A stretch of DNA of 64,000 nt from the human T2T-CHM13v2.0 reference genome, Homo sapiens: NCBI RefSeq assembly GCF_009914755.1, contig NC_060946.1. One strand, 5' to 3'. Position 1 is the stretch's first letter. Every line of letters starts with the position of its first letter. This document shows, one piece after another, positions 27,101 through 39,450 of this stretch. A model generated the notes under the pieces. That model saw only the letters and a list, made by a program, of their open reading frames with translations, was not told the DNA's origin and did no database searches. Position numbers and translations under genes: made by a program.

Positions 27101-29420
27101 CCTGCTCTCAGGCAGGGACATACAGTTGCTCTGGCCCCAGGTTGGGGGACGGTTTCCACAGATATTCCATTCTGTGATCCCACATTGAAGACTCAATCAA
27201 AGGTAGAGGAAAGCCAAGAGCCCAGAACAAGGGTCAGTCCCCCAGCTCTGAATCTTTGATCTGACCTCAGCTCTTCAGACCTCCATGGAGGACTCTTTGG
27301 GGTATTTTGCAATCACCCAGCTCAGCCTCCACCCTACAGAACTTCCTTCTGAGTCCAGCCTGTGAGCTGGAATGCACCCAGGGATGGGAAGCTCGTTACA
27401 TTTCTAAAACCAACCCTAGTGCCAGGTGGCCCCCAACTGTTGTCCAACTGATGATGGATCCTCTCTTGCTAGCCATGTGGCTTAAAAGAAAGCCTCTTCA
27501 CCTCTCTGTGCCTCAGTTTACATAACCATGAGCAGGGCCATAGTACCCACCACCAACCACTCTGAGGCCCAGAGGAGCAATGAATGTGGCCAGTGTGTCC
27601 ATGTTAAAGCTTTGGCTGGCTTCAAAAGAGCAGGTAGGGAAGAGGTCAGGTTCAAGAATCAGTCAGACCTGGATTCGAGTCTAAGCTTTGCCACTTGTTA
27701 GATGTGAGTGCATAGGTACGTGGCTGTTCCCCTCCAAGTCCTGGTCTCCCCATCTGAAAACAGGGACATCATATGCTGGTGTCTGACACTATGAGGCTTA
27801 AATGCCACTGGGCGTGTACAGCTCTTCCCCGAAGAGGCGGAACACGTGAGAGTAATTATTCTTCATTATGGCCTCCTCCAAAGCCGTGGGCCCCTCCCTG
27901 TCTAGTGCAGGGTGTTCCTGCCTTGGGGAGGGGAGAAGCAGGGGACAGATGCAGCTACAGAGGCCTCTCTTCTGATAGAGAGCTCCATAACCTGGCATGC
28001 TAGAATGAGGCCTGGTGACAGCTGCCCTGTCCCTACCCATGAGGGTCTCCAGCCCTCACAAGGCCCGGCTGCCCTCCTGCAGGTGACTAGCTCTGGCCTC
28101 TGGCCCCTGGGGCCTTAATTTCTCATGGAGGGTTGGGGTGGTGGCCAGCGGGATTTCACTGCATAGGATGGCTGCCAGCACACATGAGCAAGAGTGTGCA
28201 AGAATGCAGTAGGGGACTACCCTCTGAACCAGAAACTCAAGTGGATCCCTGATGTTATCATCCACTCCTGTGTTATCTCCAGCAAGCCTCCATTCTACCC
28301 TGGGCCTCAGTTTCCTCATCTCTCCAATGGAGACAAGCAGGCCAACCTCAGTGGGCTGTTGTGAGAATCAAATCCACAAGCAGATGCCTGTGTGCCTGTG
28401 CTCAAGACAATACGTCATGATGATTAATTTCAATCGAACCATTTTATAGACAGAATAGCTGAGGCCCAGAGAGGGCAGGTCATTGGTCTATGGCCACACA
28501 GCATGCAGGACCCAGCCCACGCCATCCCGTTCTTCATCCCTATTCAGAGAAAGCAAAGAACTTGTTCCATTGACGTCAAGATCTTCAGCACTGGGACCCC
28601 ATTTCGGACCCTCCAGAACATACACCAAGCCCATTGGGCATTGGATTAACTCTTCCTTTTTGCAAATGATCCCCGACAGAAAATCCTTCCAAAGACAAGG
28701 AAAAATATTTCCCCAAAACCTATTTACTTTTCAAATTTCAGTTGCCATAACAACTCGGCACAACTATTTATATGAAATCTTCGCCTTCCAAGTCTTGCTG
28801 AGCGCCGTGCTCTGTAAAGAGTTCAACTCGGCCCTTTCAATAACAACACATTTTTTCAATCAATTTGGGTTGGGGATTTTTTTTCTATAAACACACATCA
28901 AATATGTTTGCAAAAGTTTTTAAAGCTAACGGGGAAACGCCACATTTTATAGACTCACTCTCCTCTAATCACCCCCGGTAGTTACTTTGTGAAGCATGAC
29001 AGTGACAAAAACAACTGGTCAGCTTGGTATTTTAAAAAAAAATCTTTTAAAATTATTTCTGTTCTCGTCATCTGGGGAGTTGGTAGAATCCTTGGTGGAG
29101 AGACTTGAACACCAGCTTGGGATCTGTCCCTGTCTCTAAAAGACTATGTGTCCCTAGAAAAGTCAGCAGAGGTCTCTGGCCCAGAGAAGGACAAATTTTG
29201 AGCCAAATAAGCCCCTACCCAAAATTGAGAATGGAGAAGGGGTGCAGAGGCCCTGTGCCTGAGGCATCCTGCAGATGCTCTGGGGCCACAGCAGTCACGT
29301 GTTTGGATTTTCAGAGACAATTCCTGTTTCAAATTTTCTGTTCCAGGCTCCTTGTAAGCCTTTGTACAAGCTGTTCCCTTTGCCTGGAATTTCCCCTTTG
29401 TCAGCCTGTAGAGCTGACAT

Positions 29421-29542
29421 GAAGGGACCCGTACTTGGTTTCATGCTCGGCCGTTGCTGTCTTGAAATTCTTAATTATTTGTGAACAAGACGCCCCGAGC
29501 GTTCGTTTTGCAACTGGCCCCACAGATTCTGCAGTGATACTG
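29421..29542 (+). mobile_element. MER91A fragment
   Basis: cttggtttcatgctcggccgttgctgtcttgaaattcttaattatttgtgaacaag. Confidence 0.7.
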
Positions 29543-30299
29543 GCCAGTCTCTAGTGTGCTGTGTGCTTCAAGTCATTTAATCCAAGACAACCCTTTGAGG
29601 TAGGCATTGTTGTGACCTTCATTTTACAGATGAGGAAACTAAGTCCGAAGAGGTGAAAGACCCTCACTGTGCCCATGGTGGCAATACAAGCTGTTGTGCA
29701 CTTCACTCTGCTCCAGGCACTTCTGTGTTACTTCATCTAAGCCTCATGAGATGGGAAATATTGTGATCCTTGTTTTCCAAAGGCACAGAGAGGTTGGGTA
29801 GTTTGCTTAAGGTCACACAGCAAGCAAATGAAGGAGCCATGCTTTCCAGAGAGGCCCATTGGATCTCACCCCAGGGGCCAGCAGTAACTTTCTCAACAGG
29901 TCTTGGCCTCCAGGCTAACTCCTTCCAGCCCATTCATGACATGGTGACCAGAACCATCCATCTCCCTTTACCTGACCTCCTGTCATGCCATTTTCTGGCC
30001 ACAAATCCTCCTATGGCTCCCAGTGCTCTACAGAAGTATCTAACCTTCTTAGCCTGACCATTGAGACCCTCAGTGACATCACCTCGGCACGCCTCTGCAG
30101 CCTCGGTGCCTGCCTGAACTCCTGGCACTTGGTGCTCTTGCTCTCCAGACTACCTGCAGTTAGATCTCTGCACAAAAAGGCTGCTTCTTGAATTGCCAGG
30201 TTAGGAACCACTGGTTCCCTAAACAGTGTTTGGCTCATGGGTATTATAGGAAAGAATTGGATAGGTTGCTGGACTTAGGTAACCTGTTCTTTTGGAGCC

Positions 30300-30962
30300 C
30301 CTTCACCCCCATAGCCAGGATGCTAATCCTTCCACTTCCCTCCAAGATGCCTCCTTCTCTATCCCTTGCCAGCCCTCTATCAAGAACCACCACGATTGTT
30401 CACACAGATTCCTGTACTACCTTCTCCCCAGCTTCTCCACCTCCACTCATGCCCCTGCAGTTCAACTCTCCAAACTGCAGCTGGAGAAATATTTTTAAAA
30501 CACAAATCATTTCTAACCATTTCAGTATCTGCTGAATGCCCATCATTCTCAAAATGAATCTCAAAAGCCAACAAGGCCACCACATCCAAGCCCTGCTGAC
30601 CTTGTTGGCCATGTCCCCATACCCCCAGACACCCCACATGAGGCTGGACCACCTCAGAACTCTGGCTCCCCATGAACCCTTCTTCCTGGCTTGCTGCTCT
30701 CCCCCTTCTGCCTCAGCTAAATAGCTCTTCTTCCAGGAAGCTTTCCCTGAGCACAGTTCCTTCCCTCAGCAAAGTCAGGCTTCTCCTGGGCTCCCATAGT
30801 CCCCTGTCCTTCCCCGTAAAAACACATATCACACTATTGCAAGCACTGGTCTGCATGGCTGCAACCTGTCCTCCACACGGAGGGTGACTTCCTGAGAGCA
30901 GAGGCCATAGTCTGTTCCTCAAGTTACTTTCCATGCTTGGAACATAGGGAGTGCTCAATAAA
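30300..30962 (+). mobile_element. L2 3' region
   Basis: L2 motifs ending ...catagggagtgctcaataaata, running directly into the GGAT array. Confidence 0.65.
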
Positions 30963-32020
30963 TAGACAGATGGATGCATGCTGGATAGTGGATGGATAGA
31001 TAACAGGTGAATGGGTGAGTGGATGGATGAGTGGGTGGATAGATGAATGAGTGGATGAATAAATGAATGAATGGGTAGATGGATGGGTGGAAGGATAAAT
31101 AATGGATGAATGAGTAGATGGATGAGTGGATGAATGCATGGGTGGGTGGGTGGATAGATGAATAAAGGGGATGATGGATGAATGATGGATAGGTGGATGG
31201 GTGGATTAATGGATGGATGAGATGGTGGGTGGATGGGTGGATGGATAGATGGATGGATGGGTGGATGGATGGATGGATGATGGATGGATGGATAGATGGA
31301 TAGATTGATGGGTAGGTAGACAGGTAGATGGGTAGGTGGATGAATGAATGGGTGGATGGATAGATAAACTGAGGAGAAGATGGATGAATGAAGGATAGGT
31401 GAATGAGTAGGTGAATGGATGCATGGGATTGTGGATGGGTGGATGGATGGGTGGATGAGATGGTGGATGGATGGATGGATGGATGGATGGATAAATTGAG
31501 GAGAAGATGGATGAATGACGGATAGGTGGATGAGTAGATGAATGGATGCATGGGATGGTGGATGGGTTGATGGATGGGTGGGTAGATAGATAGGTGGATA
31601 AATGTATAGATGTGTGGATGGATGGATAGATCGTTAGATGAATAAATAGATGGATGGATAGATAAATGGATGGATGGGTGGATGAATGAATAGATAGAAG
31701 GATGGCTGTGTAGATGGGTGGACGAAGATATGATGGATGAATGGGTGAATGAATGAATGGATGGATGAGTTGATGGATGGGTGGTTGGGTGGATGGAGGG
31801 AGAGATTGATGGGTGGAAGGGTAGATGGGTGGGTAGGTAAGCAGGTAAATGGGTGGGTGGATGAATGGATAAACTGAGTGGATAATGGATGAATGAATGG
31901 GCGGGTAGATGGATGGATGAATGGACGGATGAGATGGCGGATCGATGGGTGTGTAGGTGGCTGTATGGCTATATGGATGGGTAGACAGATGGGTGATGAA
32001 TGATGAACATATAGATAGAT
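30963..32020 (+). repeat. Degenerate (GGAT/GAAT)n array, about 1.05 kb
   Basis: Continuous GGAT/GAAT/GGGT/AGAT units with internal block duplications. Confidence 0.95.
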
Positions 32021-33136
32021 AAGAGAGAACCCCAAGAACCACCTTGAGTAGTTAATATTTGGATGTTAAGGTGCTCAAAATTCCTAGCATGTAGTAGGCC
32101 AGCAATAAGTGTTTATTGAATTAATGGTTAAATGAATGTCACAGAGCAGCTGGTCATCAACCTTTCATGACCACCTGTTTTCTTCCCTGTTTCCATTCTC
32201 TCCACCTCTGCCTCCTAATCTCTCAGGCTCCCATTGCTTCCCACAGTTACCATGTGACTCACAGTGGCCAAATTCCCCGGATTCAGGTCTGCACATTAAT
32301 TATTGAGTGATATAATCCAAATTTATCTAATGAATTAATAATAGACCATAGGGGTATTTTAACAATGAAATACTTGGAGTTGTGTTTTGATAATTACAGC
32401 AGGCTTTCATAATTACACCAAGGCTGTTAAAATAAAATCGAAATCAATGAGGTAGTGTGCAGTGACACCCCAGGAGCGCCCCCTCAAAGCTATGACAAAC
32501 AGACCGACCAGGAACAGAAAGATCCTTTTAGCTCTGAATCGGGTGACGTCTGGGGGGTTGGGTGGTCAAGATCTTTGCAGGATTGTGGATTTGGGGAGAG
32601 ATTCTGGGAAGGACAAGAAAAATAACATCCCAGAAATGCATCAGATGTGTGAATCAAAAAGCACCTCAAAGACCAAGAGAAGAAGCCTCTGCTTTTACAG
32701 ATGAAAAGACCAAGACTGAGAGAGGAGCCATGACTCACCAAGTCAACTTCAAAACAATGGCAGAGCCTAGACCTTGTCTCCGGACTCCTAGTCCAGTGCT
32801 CTCTTGGCCCTGGACCATTCATGTGCCCTTCCTCTACCATGACAAAGCTCTCAGTGGTCTGCCTGAGCCCTGGCTATGCCTCCTGTCTCATCCTCTACAG
32901 CTCCCCATATGCACAACCAAACCACAATCGTTCATGAACTTAGACTACTCCATGCCTCTCTGCCTTTGCCTATATTGTGCCCTCTGCCTAGGATGCCTTC
33001 TCCTCCCTCCCTCCACCTCTGGACATCTGCCTGGAAAACTCCCCCAAGCAGGGATGACATCCTCCTCCTCCGGCCCTCCAGGGCCCCCACTACATAATAA
33101 GTGTTCATCTATATCCCCTAAAAGATGGAAAGCTTC

Positions 33137-33452
33137 AGCCAGATGCAGTGGCTCACACATGTAATGAGCCACTTTGGGAGGCTCAGGTGGGAGGATCGCT
33201 TGAGCCCAGGAGTTCAAGACCAGCTGGGCAACACAGTGAGACCCCATCTCTACAAAAAATGAAGAAATTAGCTGGCCATGGTGGTGCATGCCTGTAATAC
33301 CAGCTACTTGGGAGGGTGAGGCAGGAGGATCATTTGAACCTGGGAGTTTGAAGCTGAAGTGAGCTATGATCGTGCCACCTCACTCTAGTCTGGGTGATAG
33401 AGGCGACAGAGTGAGACCATGTCTTTTTTAAAAAACAAACAAACAAAAAAAA
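33137..33452 (+). mobile_element. AluJ
   Basis: Full dimer; diverged TSD aaaagatggaaagcttc / aaaagacgggcagcttc. Confidence 0.9.
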
Positions 33453-34056
33453 GACGGGCAGCTTCTTGAAGGCAGAGATAAGTCCTATTCATTCAGTTTC
33501 CCTGGGATGTTAACATGGGGCCTGACAAACAGTTAAATGTATAATACAGACTTGTTTAAGGCCAGATGGTTGGAAGGAGAGGGAGAGAAGAAATGCAGGA
33601 AGGGAAAGGAACAAGAAAGTTTGGCTCGGGATTTATTTCCAGAATGTGCTTAACCAAGGCCACCGAAATAATATTTTGATGTAGAAGTGCTAGCTTGGGG
33701 ACATCTTACTGGATATTTGAGCAACAATGAAATTAGAAACATTAAAGAGAGAGAAACCTTCTCAGGAGGATAAAGAGTGATAATGATGGCAGATTGGTAG
33801 ATTCTAAACCACCACCCCCACCGCACCCACACACAGGCCTCGTCAAGAAGCCTGGGCTGTTGACCCCAAGGTCCTTCCCTAAGAAGTGTCCTCAGGAAGA
33901 CACTTGAAAGTGTCAATTATAAATAAAAATAATTAATTTAAAAAAGAAGGCACTTGAACTTGCCACAGACATTGCCCAAAATGGGTCCCCCGTGTGGAAG
34001 TGACAAGAGGCAGCTGGGGCTGCAGTTGGTGTGATGATGAGGTTTCTGCAGCCTCC

Positions 34057-34072
34057 GTGGTGACGTCACCAC
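34057..34072. promoter_or_regulatory. Full CRE (TGACGTCA) within a perfect 16-bp palindrome
   Basis: gtggtgacgtcaccac equals its own reverse complement; function unproven. Confidence 0.4.
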
Positions 34073-35343
34073 TGGTAACTACAGAAACAACGTCGAACTT
34101 CAGGTGTCAGCCTGGCTTAGCCATCTTTGCCGTCTAATGTCAACAGTCAGGTTAGGGGGAGCTGTCTAAATCATAGGAGGAGGTTGGTGAATGTAAAACA
34201 TCATCACTTCCTCTTCCTCTCCCCTTCCTCCCTCATTTCAACTCCAAACAGGATCTATTGATTTCATCTTCAGGCATTATTCTAAGAGGCAGTGTAGTAC
34301 TGCAGATAAAAAGTATGGACTTAGAAGCCAGACTTTCAGGGTTCAGCACTGTGGTTCACAAGCTGTGTGACCCTTGGGTGAGTCTCTTAGCTTCTCTGTG
34401 CCTCAGGGTTGCTGGGGGGATTAATGGGTTGATTTGCCTAAATGCTGGATTAAGGGATATCTGCTATTCTTACCTCCTCTGCTAAGAGCACCTTGACTTG
34501 CACTGCCCTCCCTGGCTCTTAATGTGGATTGGGTGGCACGGGACCCACCCACCAGCTCAGGGACTTAGTTAGGCACAGCCCCTACAACTGGCCAATCAGC
34601 TGAGTCCATTCCTCCGGCTACAATGATTGGTCAGAATCAAGCCCTTGACTGAAACCAACCAGTCACAGCTAATGAGATTAATCATCAATGAATATTAGCT
34701 AGTGTTACTGCTCCATTATTGTGGCAAATGTTAACTCCATCCCCCACCCACAGCCGGGTCTTGGTAGGGAGAGGGTGAAATGATGGACTAGGAGAGATTT
34801 GGGTTCCTTGGACAGATCTTGCCTTTTCCAGCAAGGTTGGGTTACATGCCCTCTCTCTCTCAGCTCCTGGAATTCCCCCTTGGCTTGCTACTGTTCTGAG
34901 ATGAAGTAAACTGGGTGATTCTAAGAATGGGCCTTGAGTCTGGCAAACCCATCTGTTTCTTCCTAGCTATGGGCCCCTGGCCCTCACCTCCCGCTTCTCA
35001 GTTTCTTCACCTGGAAAATGAAGATGACTAAGGAACCTGGGCCTTGGAAGGTTCTGGGAATTCAGTGGAGTCAGGTATGCCCGGGGCTGGCACAAAGGTG
35101 GGGCTCCAGAAGAGATGCTAGCTGTGAATAACATGCCCGTCACTGCCTTCTGTTGTAACTGGCTGTGAAACGTCTGTCTTCTGCCAGACTAGGCTTCTAA
35201 GGTAGGGATGGGTTTGCTCATCATTGTGTCCGTAGCATACTGTGCAAGGCTAGACATGGAGTGGGAAGGAATGAATGAACGAACAGCAGGAGGGAGGGCA
35301 GAGGAAGGGAGAGACAAAGAGAAAAACCACAAGTCTCTCTCTC

Positions 35344-35772
<429 letters not shown>

Positions 35773-36584
35773 TGACTTCCCCAGGGACACACAGCAGGGT
35801 GTGATGGGACAGGCTCCAGAAAAGAGTGCTTCCTTCAGCTCCCTTGCAGCCTGTCTCTAACTCCCAGGCATTGGGGCCTGCTTTACCTGCCCAGCCCTCT
35901 CCCCCCTCCTCTTCACCTGGGGCCAGTCCCAACACGGGGTGCCTCTTCCTGTCTGCAGACAACACCAACCCCCAAGCCAGGTGCTCCCTCAGGTATCTCT
36001 TCCCTAAGTGGGCTGGGCTCCTCCGATGGAAAATATCCTCAGGGCTTCAGGCTGGAAGGAGTGAGATGACTCAGGGCCAGGTGGGAGAAGCTCAGGGAGA
36101 AGGAGGCTGGGGGCGCAGATGGAGGGAGTTCTTTGTAAATGAGTCAGAAAAAGAAGCCTCTCTCCGGATAATACCAAGAATCTATTGGCCCGAACTCAAG
36201 TATGCAGGACATGAATGTTAGTTTCCTGTAACTGAACTTGCAGCACCGTAGCCTCACTAGCTAAGTTCTGATCCCACCTGCCGTTCACCTGGCCTCTTAG
36301 AGCGACTGTGACACGCAGCCTCCTTCTGTGCCTTCCTCTGCCTGCCCCTCCTGGGAAGTCTGTCTCTGGTTCAGAGGTGGGAGAGGGGTCTCTCATCCCC
36401 GGTTCTTCCCCGCCTGTTGTTTATATCCAAGCTTCTGCTTTTTGAAGTTGATTATTCCCTCCTCGAGGTGATAAATGCAAACTACTTCCCGCCCTGATGG
36501 GGGGAAGGACAGGGGTTATATAGGAAGGAACAACTTTGCTTCATGTTTCAAGGATTCTTCAAGGAGAATTCCCTTCCTGATTGG

Positions 36585-37210
36585 GGTGTGGGTTGCCCCA
36601 AAGCACATCCTGCAAAAAGAACTGCAGTGTGTGGGGAGGTGAGAGGGTGAGGGAGTGAAGCCCGGAAGGGAAGCTTCATTAGCAAGCAAGGTTCCAATGT
36701 GGGCAGCTGGGGCACCTGAGTCCAGGGCCTCATATGACTATGTCCCAGTTCCTGGGGTTGAATTGAATGCCAGGAACCCCTTTCTCCTTGACCTGTTCCT
36801 CAAAGGGCTTCATCTGCCTCTCTGTGCCCTCTCTCGCCTGCGAGCAGGAATGAGTTTTAAACTCACAAGCGGCCCGGCACAGCAGCTCACACCTGTAATC
36901 CTGGCACTTTAGGAGGTGGAGGTGGGCCAATCACGAGGTCAGGAGATCAAAACCATCCTGGCTAACACGGTGAAACCCTGTCTCTCCTCTGGGAGCCAAC
37001 ATGGGACATGGCTGGGAGTTGTCTCACCCAAGGATCAAAGGAGCTGGGGTGTTTATCCTGCAGCCCCCGTAGGCTCTGCCATGGGCTGAGGGGTACTGCC
37101 CGGGGCATTAACTCCCTGGCACTTCATTGTGTTGGAAGCCATGGAGTGGGCCCACATGGGGATGGTGAGAGCCCAGGAGGAATGGGTGGGCACCAACAGC
37201 CTCTGCTACA
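36585..37210 (-). mobile_element. LTR33 solo LTR interrupted by a templated insertion at 36716-36985
   Basis: Left part ...aatgtgggcagctgg; right part ctctgggagcc...ggagctggggtgtttatcc...ggggcattaactccctggcactt...caccaacagcctctgctaca (LTR terminus). Confidence 0.75.
36716..36985 (+). other. Composite local duplication (copy of 39655-39682 joined to a copy of 38500-38741, including an Alu left arm at 36871-36985)
   Basis: 28/28 identity for 36717-36744 vs 39655-39682; 242-bp ungapped match of 36744-36985 vs 38500-38741, with 117/127 identity in the non-Alu part. Confidence 0.93.
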
Positions 37211-38626
37211 TTCACATGTGTAATATGGGGGTACAAATATTCTCATTTGCATATGGGGGTAGTTCATATGCTCATGTATGCTAGCAGCATGACCTGCACA
37301 CACCAGTGCTACCCCCATCTTACAAATGAGGCAGTTGAGGCCTCGCTTACGTAAGTGCCTCACTGATAAAGGCAGAGAGGGTCAGAGATCCAGGTCTTTG
37401 GCATCTATATCTAAGAGAACCTGCTCTGTGTGATCTCAGGCCCAGAGTCCAAACCCTCGCCTGCCTCCTCTCGGCTTTATTTTTCTGGGCTGTAGATTTC
37501 ACTTCCTTTTAGCCTCATTGTTTTCCTCCGCAAAGTGGGGACAGGATCGTCCCCCCTCGCAAGGCTGATGCGAAGATACAAGATAATGCGTGCACACGTG
37601 TTGTGGACCGGGCCTAGCACACTTTATGTGCTCCATAATCATTCCCCTCCCACCCTCTTCTCGGCCTCATTCTGCCACCAAGTCCCTCTGGGACTTTGGG
37701 CCAGTCCTCTGTTCAATTCAGTGAACATTTTCAGAGCCTCTGAATGTTCCATGGTTGTGGCTGCATGTGAGTCAGGCTGGCCACATCCAAGTCAGCAGTG
37801 AATCACCTGAGACGGGAGGTGGGGCGAGGCCCCATGGCGTTGTCCCGTGGGAAGGTCAGAGACAGCAGACAGAAGCAGGGACGACAGACACAGTCCGGAG
37901 GGCTGTAAGCTAGGGGTGGTGGGATCAGGTTTCTGAAACTTCCTCCACTGCCGTGTGGATGCGAGGCAGAAGCTGGCCCAGGAGGGTCACTTAGAAGGCC
38001 ACCTCTTAAAACAGAGATGAGCAAAGACAACGGCTGACCTGGGGCAGGGGAATTAGGGGTGGGGGAAGGGGAGAGGAGATGCTGCCTGGGCTGGGGGCTG
38101 TCTTTCATGAGGCAGCCAGAGGAGCCAAGGATGGCCTCTGAATGGGAGGCTGGGGCTGAGTCCAGCCATCCCAGGACCTCCGGTGTGTGACTCCTGGACA
38201 TACCAGTCTTTGCCATCCTAGCCCAGGCTGTCCCCACATCCAAAGCTCCCCCTGTGGTCCCACCCCTGCTGCCCTTCAGAGCTGCGACCATGGCCCTCAG
38301 GCCTGTCCACCGCCCTCGGCAACATCATGGCTAACCTGGGCTCCACACATTTCTTCCATCAGCAGACAGTGCCCCTCCGGGGGAAGCTCTGAGACCCAGC
38401 ACCTATCGGGAAAAACTCAAAGGTCCAGGCGCTGAATCTAAGCCAGGTAAAAATATAGATAAAGAGTGCTGGGAAGGAGCTTTTTTGAAAACACACCCAC
38501 CCAGCCCCTGGGGTTGAATTCAATGCCAGGAGCCACTTTCTCCTTGACCTGATCCTCAAAGGGCTTCATCTGCCTCTCTGTGCCCTCTCTTGCCTGTGGG
38601 CAGGGATGAGTTTTAAACTCACAAGC

Positions 38627-38918
<292 letters not shown>

Positions 38919-39065
38919 TCAGATCAACAGGGGATGGTTGGAGTGTCCCAAGTCGGAATGTGGCTCCAGCAAAGAAGAAGACAACACTTGAGAGGTGGCT
39001 TCAAAATACACAACACAATGGCAGCATTCAAAGCAACAGTCACTGTTTTTTTGGTGTTGGGCCAT

Positions 39066-39450
39066 TTTGGTTTGGTTTGGTTCAGTTCGGTTCGGTTCGG
39101 TTCAGATTGGTTTGGTTTGGTTTGGTTTGGATTGGTTTGGTTTGGTTTGGTTTGGTTTGGATTGGTTTGGTTTGGTGTGGTTTGGTTTGGTTTGGATTGG
39201 TTTGGTTTGGATGGGTTTGGTTTGGTTTGGTTTGGTTTGGATTGGTTTGGTTTGGATTGGTTTGGTTTGGTTTGGTTTGGATTGGTTTGGTTTGGTTTGG
39301 GTTGGTTTGGTTTGGTTTGGTTTGGTTTGCATTGGTTTGGTTTGGTTTGGATTGGTTTGGTTTGGTTTGGTTTGGTTTGGTTTGGTTTGGATTGGTTTGG
39401 TTTGGTTTGGTTTGGTTTGGATTGGTTTGGTTTGGATTGGTTTGGATGGG
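39066..39450 (+). repeat. (TTTGG)n pentanucleotide array, 77 in-phase units
   Basis: 385 bp with no indels; ATTGG, TTCGG and TTCAG variant units; followed by T17. Confidence 0.98.

Noticed and set aside
30924-32042. His/Pro/Ser/Ile-rich ORFs up to 278 aa (also 12783-13349)
   Set aside because: Antisense reading of GGAT arrays (HPSI repeats)
36871-36985. Independent free left Alu monomer (FLAM) insertion
   Set aside because: It carries Sc/Y-type diagnostics, has no tail or TSD, and shares 127 bp of upstream flank with the 38627 Alu, so it is a duplicated fragment
39066-39450. Interstitial telomere or CRISPR-like array
   Set aside because: The unit is TTTGG rather than TTAGGG, there are no unique spacers, and the context is eukaryotic
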